Assembly: GCA_023247705.1 (NCBI GenBank)
Contig: JAHFFY010000002.1
Location: 38,251 to 102,250 of the forward strand
Direction: 5' to 3'
DNA length: 64,000 bases
Source: Candidatus Omnitrophota bacterium
Lineage (GTDB): Bacteria; Omnitrophota; Gorgyraeia; Zapsychrales; JAHFFX01
Part shown: positions 38,687 through 48,704 of the stretch, piece after piece
Layout of the letters: each line of letters begins with the position of its first letter
How positions within the stretch are numbered: position 1 is the first letter of the stretch
Made by a program: the position numbers and the translations under genes
Notes under the pieces: model-generated
Seen by the model: the letters and a program-made list of their open reading frames with translations, nothing else
Told to the model about the DNA's origin: nothing
Database searches by the model: none

Positions 38687-40279
38687 ATGACATTACGTGC
38701 GATTTTAAAATCGGTTCTTTGGTTCTTTGCGATTGTTCAGGCCATTGTTTTGGTATGTCTGACATTGACCGCGTATTGGCCTGAACCCTGCTGGTGGTTG
38801 GCGAATTTTTTACAAATTATGCCTGTATGGATTTTGGGGATACCGCTCTTCCTATCTTTTTTGATCGCTTTATGCCTTCTGGATATTCAACTCATTTTTT
38901 TTCATTGTTTTCTTTTCATTCTATTTGTTCTAGGCGTTTTGGGATATCAGATCCATTGGTTTGGTCGGCAAATTGTACGGGCACCGGATGTTTTAAGAAT
39001 TATTTCCTATAATATAGGAGAAGGCGTGCGGTTAGATGCCCTCAGCGAACTGATCCAGGAATTACAGCCGGATATTGTTGTCTTGCAGGAATGTGAAAAA
39101 GAACAGGCGAGTGCTTTGAATGCCCGCTTGGAGGATCCGCATTGGCAATGGTCAGTCCTCGATCAGTTGGGTTTGTTCAGCCGCTTGCCCATCTTGAACG
39201 GAGAACTTAAAAATTCTGATACCGTGAAAGAGCTAGAAGGGATGATGGCGCGTTATACATTAAAGACATCGGCAGGATTGATTTCTTTGCTCACTGTCCA
39301 TCTGGAAACCCCGCGTAAAGGGATACAGAAAATGCTATTAAAAGATCAGGGGCTGGCTGATTCGATGAGAAATTTTACGCAAACACAACAGAACGAATCT
39401 ATGATTGCCTCCCGGTGGGCGGCCAAACGCTCTCCTTTGATCGTGGCCGGAGATTTTAATATGAGCGTTAAAAATCCGAATTACCGAAAATATTGGTCCT
39501 ATCTGACGAACGCATTTTCATCCGCCGGACAAGGGTTGGGTTATACTAAATTTACAAAATATTTTGGTGCACGCATTGATCACATCCTGGTTGATCACCA
39601 CTGGCAGGTGAAGCAGGCATGGGTAGGTCCAAGTCTGGGAGGAGATCACCGTCCCATGATTGCGGATTTTATTTTGACTCAATCCGATGGGACCATCATA
39701 TTAGTCCCGGCCGAAACGACTCAAGGGGCACAATCCTCTGAAATAAATCCATCGCTGTTACCATCAGCCAATCGTGCCCCGCAACATCCGGAGGCCTTTG
39801 TTTTTGATCCTTTTGAGACGTCGCTGGGGAATTTTACATCTTCGAATGGAGCTGAGTTGATGCTTGATGCTTCCTCCAGTCATTCGGGAAATAGGTCCAT
39901 GCAGATATCGGCGAGGTCGTCTTCAGAGGCGGTTTCCGTTGAGACCAGCCAAAAAGACTGGAACATGAATGAATATCCATCGGTTAGTTTTGCCTACCGG
40001 ATCCCTGCGGGGACATCGGTCACCATGAGCGTGAAAACAATCTTCGGTGACTGGATCTGTCTGGGAAAAACAAAAGAGGCCAAATGCCAGGAGGCTGAAA
40101 GTCCTTCCAGCCTTCTGCTGACGGATGATGATCAGTGGCATGAAGTTAATATGGATGTGCGTTCCATCGTTAAGAGTGTTGTCTCGGCCGTCGAATTGCT
40201 TCAAGAATGGCAATGGAGGCTTTGGCCGACCGGCCAAGAGGAAAATTCTGTTTGGTTTGATGATTTTATAATCCGTTAG
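38687..40279 (+). CDS. Membrane-anchored endonuclease/exonuclease/phosphatase (EEP) family protein with an extra C-terminal domain.
   Basis: 'RIISYNIGEG...DIVVLQE' and 'GDFN' EEP motifs. The ~190-aa C-terminal domain has unknown function. Confidence 0.65.
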   Translation: MTLRAILKSVLWFFAIVQAIVLVCLTLTAYWPEPCWWLANFLQIMPVWILGIPLFLSFLIALCLLDIQLIFFHCFLFILFVLGVLGYQIHWFGRQIVRAPDVLRIISYNIGEGVRLDALSELIQELQPDIVVLQECEKEQASALNARLEDPHWQWSVLDQLGLFSRLPILNGELKNSDTVKELEGMMARYTLKTSAGLISLLTVHLETPRKGIQKMLLKDQGLADSMRNFTQTQQNESMIASRWAAKRSPLIVAGDFNMSVKNPNYRKYWSYLTNAFSSAGQGLGYTKFTKYFGARIDHILVDHHWQVKQAWVGPSLGGDHRPMIADFILTQSDGTIILVPAETTQGAQSSEINPSLLPSANRAPQHPEAFVFDPFETSLGNFTSSNGAELMLDASSSHSGNRSMQISARSSSEAVSVETSQKDWNMNEYPSVSFAYRIPAGTSVTMSVKTIFGDWICLGKTKEAKCQEAESPSSLLLTDDDQWHEVNMDVRSIVKSVVSAVELLQEWQWRLWPTGQEENSVWFDDFIIR

Positions 40280-40429
40280 CTCATCACCTGAGGGATGCAT
40301 TAATTTTAGCAAAGTCAGCCAGCATTTTGGAATAGAACAATCAAGAGGCAAGGCGTTTTTGTTTATTTTGACTTCCTTTTATATCAAAGTATAATATCTG
40401 CCAATAAGAAACAGGAAAGAGGAGATTTT

Positions 40430-40693
40430 ATGTCGTTATTTACTGAAGAAAATATTCGTAAACTTTTTGGTCATGAAGCAGCTGAAGATGAAGATATTGA
40501 TAGGCTTAAAGAATACTATTTTAAAAACGATACTTATGCGCAAGTTGCTACTGACCTTCCATTTCGGATTTTAGTTGGGCATAAAGGGATTGGTAAATCT
40601 GCTTTGTTTCAAATCGCTATGGCAGAAGATAAAGAGGCTGTAAATGTTACCCGGGAATCTAACAAGAACAATGAAAAGAGTTTAGAATTCTAG
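40430..40693 (+). pseudogene. N-terminal fragment of a P-loop (STAND/AAA_16-like) NTPase in an AT-rich, decayed region.
   Basis: 87-aa ORF with Walker A 'VGHKGIGKSALF'. It terminates prematurely and is followed by ~300 nt of stop-rich AT-rich sequence. Confidence 0.35.
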
Positions 40694-40994
40694 ACAATCA
40701 ATACGTTATTTTCTGACGGGACATAAATAAGTATCATTGATATAAACGTTTAAAATTATGAGTATTACCGCAATTCTACGGCTTTTTGTTGGCATTTAAT
40801 GGTCGACGTGTAGAGTAACATATTTTTGAGGCACAGCTTCGAGATTTTTTAGATTCGGGTAACATTATTTATGAGGCAACTCGCGTATAGAAGGAACATT
40901 GTTTTTATCGCCGACTGTGTTATAATATCCCCCTGCTGCCTATAAGAAAATTGAGGCAGATTTTTTTCAATACAACTGACCATTCCAGAAATTA

Positions 40995-42090
40995 ATGATT
41001 GAAGAGATAAAAAAAAAGTTGCAAGATCTAGATGAAAAGTTAAATCATCTTCGGGGGTTTCTTTGACCTGCCTCAGAAATTAAAAACCATTCATTCGATT
41101 CAAGAAAAGATGAACGATTCTGCCTTCTGGGACAACGCGGCTCAGGCCAACAGGATCATGCGGGAGTTGAAAGTTTTGAAGTCGACCGTTGATCCATTCG
41201 AAAAATCAGTCAAAAAGTTGTCTGATTTAAAGGAACTGACGGACATCTCTGATGAAGATGCCGAATTTTTAGTCCAGATTCAGAAGGATTTGAATGCGTT
41301 AACAAAAGAAATAGACCACCTAGAGATTCAAGCGATTTTGGGCGGGCCGTTTGATTCGAACAACGCGATTTTAAGCATCAATGCCGGTGCCGGCGGCACG
41401 GAATCCTGCGACTGGGCGCAAATGCTTTTACGGATGTATACGCGCTGGAGCGATCATAAGGAATATAAAATCAGCACGCTGGATATCCTGGCCGGAGAAG
41501 AGGCCGGAATCAAGAATGTGACTTTGCGCATTGAAGGAGAAATGGCGTACGGTCTTTTAAAAAGCGAAAAAGGCGTGCATCGTTTGGTGAGGGTTTCTCC
41601 TTTCGATGCCAATAAAAGACGACACACCTCTTTCGCTTCGGTCGATGTCATTCCTGAAATAGAAGATGATATCGAGGTGGAGATTAATCCGGATGATTTG
41701 CGCGTTGATGTTTTCCGTTCATCCGGTCCCGGCGGACAAAGCGTTAATACAACGGATTCGGCGGTAAGAATCACTCATCTGCCCAGCGGGATTGTCGTAC
41801 AGTGCCAGAACGAGCGTTCACAGCTTCAGAACCGGCAGACGTGCATGAAAATCCTGCGTGCCAAACTGTATGAATTAAAACGCAAGGAACAAGAAGACCG
41901 AATGGCCTCAGAGTACGGGGAAAAGCAGAAGATTGAATGGGGTAGTCAGATCCGTTCTTATGTCATGCATCCCTATTCTATGGTCAAAGATCACCGCACG
42001 GATGAAGAAACCGCTCAGGTCCAAAAGGTCATGGATGGGGAGATCGATCAGTTCATAGAATCTTTTCTCAAGATGAAACCTGTTCCTTAA
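40995..42090 (+). CDS. prfB: Peptide chain release factor 2 with a programmed +1 ribosomal frameshift.
   Basis: Frame-0 ORF from ATG 40995 to in-frame TGA at 41064-41066, inside 'GGGGG TTT CTT TGA C', the canonical RF2 shift site with an SD-like run. The +1 frame from 41065 continues to 42090 and contains the GGQ motif 'SGPGGQSVN'. Product = join(40995..41063,41065..42090). Confidence 0.85.
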
Positions 42091-42126
42091 ATGATTAACA
42101 AACTTAGGAAGGAGGGCATCAAGGAT

Positions 42127-42654
42127 ATGAAAAAGAATCTTATTTTATTGTTCGTCGTGGCCATCGTATTACAAACATCTTTATCGTTTGGGGCGGAGAC
42201 CAATGGTTTTAAGAGGATTAAGAATCATAGAAACCGTTTCGTTAAATTGCTGGAACAACAATATGACAAATATCTAAAAGCGTCTACGCAAGGGGATGCC
42301 GAGGCTTATAAACAGATCATGACGAACGAAACTGTCTCTAGGATGGAGGAATACATCAAGATGCAGAAGCTGGCGAATGATTTGTCGTCGTTTTTAAAGG
42401 ATTTCGCTAAGAATAATCCCGATTATCGGCAATTCAAATTTGCCTTTTGCGATCAGGGAGAACAGCTTTCCAGAGTCGCTTATCAGCGCCTGGGAACAGA
42501 AAACCCGGCGACTAAAAAAAAGCCATTAGAGTTTTTTGTTATGTTTTTTCAATTTGAAAATAATGAATGGAAGATGAGTTATAACGTGCAAAGCTGGATC
42601 CCGGAAACTAACGAAGATGGATCAAAGGCTAGCGTTGAGCAAGTCTTAAAGTAA
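42127..42654 (+). CDS. Secreted hypothetical protein (NTF2/SnoaL-like fold suspected).
   Basis: GGAAGGAGG RBS. Signal peptide 'MKKNLILLFVVAIVLQTSLSFGA'. Confidence 0.4.
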   Translation: MKKNLILLFVVAIVLQTSLSFGAETNGFKRIKNHRNRFVKLLEQQYDKYLKASTQGDAEAYKQIMTNETVSRMEEYIKMQKLANDLSSFLKDFAKNNPDYRQFKFAFCDQGEQLSRVAYQRLGTENPATKKKPLEFFVMFFQFENNEWKMSYNVQSWIPETNEDGSKASVEQVLK

Positions 42655-42680
42655 GGAAATAATCGTTATCAAGTAAAATT

Positions 42681-45656
42681 ATGTTCGATTTTATTGTTCG
42701 TCGTCCTATAATTCAATCCGCGCAGAATTTTATCGATCAATTGAATCCCAAAATTCAAGTGCATATCCCCCAAGACCTCCCTTTGCCATCGGTGAGTGTC
42801 ATCAAAAAGGTGTGCGCTCTCGTCTCGCAAATCAATGCCTTAGAGTCCCGAGTCAGTCAATGTACGGACGACCAATTAAAAGCCAAAACCGCAGAGTTTA
42901 AATCAAAGATCAACGAAGCGATGAAAAGTTCTGAAGAAGAGTTGCGGCGGGTCCAATCCGTTGTGAATGATTCTGCTCCCGAGATGAACCAGGAAGAATT
43001 GCTGCAGATGATTTCTACGGCCAAAGATGATTTGAAAAAGAAGCGGCAGGCCATTCTTGACGAGATCTTGCCGGACGCCTTCGCGATTGTGCGGGAAGTC
43101 GGACGGCGTATTCTGTCGATGCGTCATTTCGATATCCAACTGGTTGGAGGGATTGTTCTGCATAAAGGAAATATCTCAGAGATGATGACCGGGGAAGGAA
43201 AAACCTTGGTGGCGACCCTTCCGGCGTATCTTAACGCGTTAACCGGGCAAGGCGTCCATGTGGTGACGGTCAACGATTACCTGGCCAAGCGCGATCGCGA
43301 ATGGATGGGACCGATTTACGAATTTTTGGGATTGACAGTCGGTGTCATTCAGCATGACATGAATCCGAATGAACGGCAGAAGGCGTATCAGTGTGACATC
43401 ACCTACGGGACCAATAATGAATTCGGGTTCGATTATCTCCGGGACAATATGATCAACTATAAAGAAGAGATGGTTCAGCGCGGGCACCATTTCGCGATCG
43501 TCGATGAGGTGGACAGCATTTTGATCGACGAAGCCCGGACCCCGTTGATCATTTCCGGTCCTGCGGAAGAATCAACGGACAAATATTACCGGGCCAACGA
43601 AATTGCCAAACAATTGCGCGGACGACGGATCACGGAAAAAGAAGAGATTGAAGCGAAATATAAAAATGAGGATTTATACAAGGGTCATGATTATGTCGCG
43701 GATGAGAAAGGCCGGTCCATTTCTTTAAGCGAGGACGGCGAACGGAAGGCCGCCCGGGCTTTTGGTGTTGAAAACCTGCATGAAATGGAAACGATCGAGT
43801 ACCGCCATCATATATTGCAGTCTCTGAAGGCCAAGGAATTTTTTAATCTGGATGTCGATTATGTGATCCGGGACGGGAAAGTTATAATTGTCGATGAATT
43901 TACCGGACGCATGATGCCGGGCCGCCGCTGGTCCGACGGTTTGCACCAGGCGGTCGAGGCCAAGGAAGGCATCCGCATCGAGCGAGAAAATCAGACGTTA
44001 GCCACCATTACCCTGCAGAATTATTTCAGAATGTATGAGAAGCTTTCCGGGATGACCGGTACGGCCTATACCGAGGCCAATGAATTCAAGCAGATTTATA
44101 ATCTGGACTGTGTGGTGATTCCGCCGAACCGTATCCTGCGCCGGACGAATTACGCGGATTGTATTTATCGCAGCACCCGGGAAAAATTTCAAGCGGTCGT
44201 GGAAGAGATCGCGGAACTCCACAAAAAAGGACAACCTGTCTTGGTGGGGACAATCTCCATCGAGAAATCCGAATTGGTTTCAAAATTGTTAAAGGCCCGG
44301 GGCATTCCGCACCAGGTGCTCAACGCCAAATATCATGATTTGGAAGCGCATATCATCGCGCAGGCCGGACGTTATAAAGCCGTGACGATCGCCACCAATA
44401 TGGCCGGACGCGGAACCGACATTGTCCTGGGCGGTAACGCCGAACATCTCGCCAAAAGCCTTTTAGAACAAAAGATGAAAGAATCTCAGGATGAAACTTC
44501 GGCCAATGAGTTATTGGCTAAATTTTTGAAACAGTTTAAAGGTCAGGTCGAGGAAGAACACAAGAAGGTCGTTGAGTTGGGCGGTCTGCACGTCCTCGGG
44601 ACGGAGCGCCACGAATCCCGCCGCATCGACAACCAGCTGCGCGGACGTTCCGGTCGCCAGGGCGATCCGGGCGCTTCCCGGTTTTATGTTTCTCTGGAAG
44701 ACGATTTGATGCGGCTTTTTGCCTCGGACCGGATGGTCAATATTATGGACAAGCTGGGGATGGAGGAAGGCCAGGTCATTGAACATCCTCTGGTCAGCCG
44801 GGCGATTGAAGTCGCGCAAAAGCGTGTGGAGACCCATAATTTTGAAATCCGCAAACAATTGATCGAATATGATAACGTCATGAATAAACAGCGGGAGGCG
44901 ATCTATTCGTTGCGTCAGCGGGTCCTAGAATCGGAGAATGTCAAGAAAGAGGTTATTGAGGCGCTGGAAGATACTGTCTTTAAAATGGTCGCGCAGCATG
45001 TTGCTTTGGTCCAGGAGAACGGCGGATGGGATATCGAAGGACTTTTGGCTTATCTGACGGGAAAATTCGGACTTGATCTATCCGCACAGCGCAATGAATT
45101 TGTCGTAATGTCCAAGGAAGATCTGCAGGACTTCCTTGCGAAGCGTATCGTCGATCTTTATGAATTAAAAGAAAAGGAACTCTCCCCGGAAGAATTACGT
45201 CAACTGGAAAAATTCGTCATGCTGCACACGATCGATTCGAAATGGAAGGATCATCTCTACGCCATGGACCAATTGAAAGATGGTGTAGGCTTAAGGTCTT
45301 TTGCCAGCCGCGATCCGTTAATCGAATATAAGCGCGAAGGATTTTTTCTCTTTTCGATGATGTATGAATCCATCAATCAGGAGGTCGCGGAGACGATCTT
45401 TAATGTTCAGCCGATCAAACAGGAACGAATGTTAAAAGGGGTTTTTAGTTCTTTGCCGCAGAATTTGGTCCATAATGATTTTTCGAGTCTTGCGCACAGA
45501 GAGTCTCCTCTCCCGGCGTCCTCAACTCCCGAACCCAATCAATCCGCCGAACCCGTCGCGACCGCTCCTTATCAGAAAGAAGGACCCAAGGTCGGCCGCA
45601 ACGCCCCTTGTCCCTGCGGGAGCGGCAAAAAATATAAAAAATGCTGCGGAGCCTAG
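42681..45656 (+). CDS. secA: Preprotein translocase ATPase SecA.
   Basis: DEAD-like motor domains. C-terminal zinc finger 'CPCGSGKKYKKCCG'. The N-terminus may start slightly downstream of 42681. Confidence 0.9.
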   Translation: MFDFIVRRPIIQSAQNFIDQLNPKIQVHIPQDLPLPSVSVIKKVCALVSQINALESRVSQCTDDQLKAKTAEFKSKINEAMKSSEEELRRVQSVVNDSAPEMNQEELLQMISTAKDDLKKKRQAILDEILPDAFAIVREVGRRILSMRHFDIQLVGGIVLHKGNISEMMTGEGKTLVATLPAYLNALTGQGVHVVTVNDYLAKRDREWMGPIYEFLGLTVGVIQHDMNPNERQKAYQCDITYGTNNEFGFDYLRDNMINYKEEMVQRGHHFAIVDEVDSILIDEARTPLIISGPAEESTDKYYRANEIAKQLRGRRITEKEEIEAKYKNEDLYKGHDYVADEKGRSISLSEDGERKAARAFGVENLHEMETIEYRHHILQSLKAKEFFNLDVDYVIRDGKVIIVDEFTGRMMPGRRWSDGLHQAVEAKEGIRIERENQTLATITLQNYFRMYEKLSGMTGTAYTEANEFKQIYNLDCVVIPPNRILRRTNYADCIYRSTREKFQAVVEEIAELHKKGQPVLVGTISIEKSELVSKLLKARGIPHQVLNAKYHDLEAHIIAQAGRYKAVTIATNMAGRGTDIVLGGNAEHLAKSLLEQKMKESQDETSANELLAKFLKQFKGQVEEEHKKVVELGGLHVLGTERHESRRIDNQLRGRSGRQGDPGASRFYVSLEDDLMRLFASDRMVNIMDKLGMEEGQVIEHPLVSRAIEVAQKRVETHNFEIRKQLIEYDNVMNKQREAIYSLRQRVLESENVKKEVIEALEDTVFKMVAQHVALVQENGGWDIEGLLAYLTGKFGLDLSAQRNEFVVMSKEDLQDFLAKRIVDLYELKEKELSPEELRQLEKFVMLHTIDSKWKDHLYAMDQLKDGVGLRSFASRDPLIEYKREGFFLFSMMYESINQEVAETIFNVQPIKQERMLKGVFSSLPQNLVHNDFSSLAHRESPLPASSTPEPNQSAEPVATAPYQKEGPKVGRNAPCPCGSGKKYKKCCGA

Positions 45657-47224
45657 TTTCTTCCTCGCGAACAGTATTTAAAGATTTTATTCTGATCGTT
45701 TTATCCTGCCTGTTATTAAGGTTGTCTTTTCCTCCCTGGGATTTTTTCTTTTTATCGTGGTTCTGTTTTGTTCCATTCTTATTGGTCCTTGACCGGAAAA
45801 AACCGTGGGGTGCCTTCGGGGCCGGTTATCTGATGGGGATTCTTTTTTTCAGCACGACGCTGTATTGGTTTATTCACGTTACTTTGCCCGGGGTGATCCT
45901 GATTATTCTTTATCTCTCTTTGTATTTCGCTTTGTTCGCGTTGGCTTATGCGTTATTGATCCCTTATACGCCCCAAAAAATCGTCGGTGCAAAAAAGCAG
46001 ATCAATCCTCAACGAAGTTTCTGGTTTGAATTGATTTTAATTCCGAGCCTATGGGTTGGGCTGGAATATATCCGCGGTCATCTTTTCACTGGATTCGGTT
46101 GGGTGTGCTTAGGCCATTCACAATATAAAAATTTGTGGATCAGCCAGGTGGCAGACATCACCGGTGTCGGTGGAGTATCGTTTTTTATCATGCTGGTGAA
46201 TCGCGTGATCACGCAGTGGGTCGTCGTTTGCATGATCCCAAAAAGCAAAGCCCGGCCAAGTCTTCGCCATGAGTCGTTGGCCATCGGCATATTAATTTGT
46301 CTGGTGTTGGGTTATGGTTTGTTCCGTCAACAGCAGACCGATCACGAGCCGGAAATTTCGGTGGCTGTGGTTCAGGCCAACATTCCGCAAGAGGAAAAAT
46401 GGGTGCGTTCGAACTGGCCGCGCATCATGCAGAAATATTTTGATCTCACGACCCGAGTGTCTGCACTGCAGCCTCGACCCGAATTGATCCTTTGGCCGGA
46501 GACAGCATTCCCGGGTTTCATCTGGGAAGCGCCGGATCTCTTTGTTGATCTCAAGGACCTGGTCATTGACATCAAGACGCCGCTTCTTTTAGGGGCCGTC
46601 ACACAGAGGCAGGAACAATATTATAATTCGGCCCTGATGATTTCGACGCAAGGGCAGGTCAGCGAACAGTATGACAAACTGCATCTGGTCCCGTTCGGAG
46701 AATATGTGCCGTTGCGCAACGTCTTTCCGTTTCTGGCGGACATTATTCCCATTGGGGACTTTACCCCCGGAGACCAGTATACAATTTTTTTTCTTCCCAA
46801 ATCGCGGGAGATCCGTTATTCATTCTCGACGATGATTTGTTTCGAAGATACGCTTCCGTGGATTGCGAGGGGATTCGTGCAGCGCGGAGCGCAGTTTCTG
46901 ATTAACATCACCAATGACGCGTGGTTTTTAGACACGGTTGCGCCGTGGTTGCACCTGCAGGCCTCGGTTTTCCGGGCGATCGAAAACCATCGCACCCTCA
47001 TCCGCGCGGCCAATACCGGGGTGAGTTGTTTTATCGACCCTTTGGGACGAATTTACAAAACGCTTACGAATGATCGTGATAAAGCAACGTTTATTGAAGG
47101 CATCGCGGCCGCGAAGATCCTTTTGAGTTCCCAAAAAACGATCTACACAAAAATAGGAGATCTTTTTACACATTTATGTTTTGGATGTATACTATGTGGG
47201 GTTTTGTGTAAGAAGAGGGATTAA
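45641..47224 (+). CDS. lnt: Apolipoprotein N-acyltransferase.
   Basis: N-terminal multi-TM region. CN-hydrolase domain with 'LILWPETAF' and 'ICFEDTLP'. Overlaps the secA 3' end. Confidence 0.8.
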   Translation: MLRSLVSSSRTVFKDFILIVLSCLLLRLSFPPWDFFFLSWFCFVPFLLVLDRKKPWGAFGAGYLMGILFFSTTLYWFIHVTLPGVILIILYLSLYFALFALAYALLIPYTPQKIVGAKKQINPQRSFWFELILIPSLWVGLEYIRGHLFTGFGWVCLGHSQYKNLWISQVADITGVGGVSFFIMLVNRVITQWVVVCMIPKSKARPSLRHESLAIGILICLVLGYGLFRQQQTDHEPEISVAVVQANIPQEEKWVRSNWPRIMQKYFDLTTRVSALQPRPELILWPETAFPGFIWEAPDLFVDLKDLVIDIKTPLLLGAVTQRQEQYYNSALMISTQGQVSEQYDKLHLVPFGEYVPLRNVFPFLADIIPIGDFTPGDQYTIFFLPKSREIRYSFSTMICFEDTLPWIARGFVQRGAQFLINITNDAWFLDTVAPWLHLQASVFRAIENHRTLIRAANTGVSCFIDPLGRIYKTLTNDRDKATFIEGIAAAKILLSSQKTIYTKIGDLFTHLCFGCILCGVLCKKRD

Positions 47225-47379
47225 GGATACAAAGAGTATTTGTATAGATAAACTGATCTCGGAATGAATGAAAAAGATTCATCCAAGATTTTACGCGTGT
47301 GTCTCGACGTGTCATAAAGGACGTTTTTTCAATCGAGCGCATCCGCGTCAATCCTACAACCACAACGGAGGAATCAGGA

Positions 47380-48117
47380 ATGGAGGATGAAAAGGAATTG
47401 AAATTAAGACGCAACATCATGACTGTCCTGACATGTTTATGGCTTGTGGCCTACCTCTTTACCCTCGGGATGGATCACTTTATGTCGGTGTATGAATATC
47501 CTTTTGTCTCGTTCTTTTTATTGTTATGGCTCATCGGGATGATTGTTGTTTCCAGAAATAAGGAGTGGGGAAGAAAACTGATCGTGGTCACCAGCGTGTT
47601 CATGTGTTTTTATCTCATGGCGGACATGGCGGCCTTTGATGTTTATTCGATCGCGTTGATTTTGATTTTTGTCGTGATCATTGTTTTTTATATCCTGCCC
47701 AAGACCAAAGCCCAATTCCAAGTCAACGACGGAATTTTATCCAAAGGACACAACAGGAAAATTCTGGTTGTCGATGACGATAAGGGGCTTTTAAAAATGA
47801 TCCGGTCCCAGTTAATGTACAACGGGTTCGATGTGATCACCGCGGATACCGGAGAAAAAGGTTTGAGTCTGGCCAAGACCAAGAAACCGGATTTAATTAT
47901 CCTGGATGTGATTCTTCCCGGGATGAAAGGCCGGCAGGTATGTGCTCAGCTTAAACGGGATTCCGACACCAAAAATATTCCGGTCTTGTTTTTGACCGCC
48001 AAAGATTCCCCGGATGACGTGAAAGCGGAATTGGAAGCGGGGGCCGTCACCCATCTGACCAAGCCGGTTGATTTAAAGAAATTGTTGACCGAGGTCATCA
48101 GAATTCTGGCGTTATAA
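47380..48117 (+). CDS. Membrane-anchored response-regulator receiver protein (4 TM + REC, no output domain).
   Basis: GGAGGA RBS. REC domain 'KILVVDDDKGLLK...DLIILDVILPGMKG...LTKP'. Paralogue of the next gene. Confidence 0.65.
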   Translation: MEDEKELKLRRNIMTVLTCLWLVAYLFTLGMDHFMSVYEYPFVSFFLLLWLIGMIVVSRNKEWGRKLIVVTSVFMCFYLMADMAAFDVYSIALILIFVVIIVFYILPKTKAQFQVNDGILSKGHNRKILVVDDDKGLLKMIRSQLMYNGFDVITADTGEKGLSLAKTKKPDLIILDVILPGMKGRQVCAQLKRDSDTKNIPVLFLTAKDSPDDVKAELEAGAVTHLTKPVDLKKLLTEVIRILAL

Positions 48118-48171
48118 TTTTGCAGAAGATCAGGAAAGAGATTAAATACCGAAGGACTAGGACATGAAACA

Positions 48172-48549
48172 ATGAAAAATTCTAAGAAATGCATTCTCGT
48201 CGTGGATGATGATCGGGCACTTCTGAAAATGGTCCGTTCGGGATTAATGTATCAAGGGTATGATGTGCATACCGCCTCCAGCGGAGAGAAGGGTTTAAGA
48301 ACAGCCCAACAAAAAAAACCGGATTTGATTATTCTGGATGTTCTTCTTCCGGGGATCAAGGGACGAGAGGTCTGTTCGCGTTTAAAAGAAGATAATGAAA
48401 CCAAAGACATCCCGATTGTTTTTTTGACCGCCAAGAATTCTCCGGACGATGTGCGGGCCGAGTTGGAAGCGGGCGCGATCGCCCATTTGACCAAACCGGT
48501 CAGCATTCAAGGCTTGGTTAATGAGATCCAAAAAATTTTAGGCGTATAA
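48172..48549 (+). CDS. Stand-alone CheY-like response-regulator receiver protein.
   Basis: REC domain with the conserved phospho-acceptor Asp 'DLIILDVLLPGIKG'. About 65% identical to the REC domain of the upstream gene. Confidence 0.75.
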   Translation: MKNSKKCILVVDDDRALLKMVRSGLMYQGYDVHTASSGEKGLRTAQQKKPDLIILDVLLPGIKGREVCSRLKEDNETKDIPIVFLTAKNSPDDVRAELEAGAIAHLTKPVSIQGLVNEIQKILGV

Positions 48550-48655
48550 TTGTTGATCCCGCGTGAAGCGGTTATATGGGAATTTCCGGCAGCTGTTGTG
48601 ATGGAAAGTTACTTCAAGCCGTTGACGCAGCGGCGGTTTTTCTAGAATTTTAAGC

Positions 48656-48685
48656 TCCCCTTCAGAAATTAAAAGGGGATTTTTA
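48656..48685 (+). terminator. Rho-independent terminator.
   Basis: TCCCCTT-cagaaattaa-AAGGGGA followed by TTTTT. Confidence 0.55.
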
Positions 48686-48704
48686 ATTAAAGACATGGGA
48701 AATT

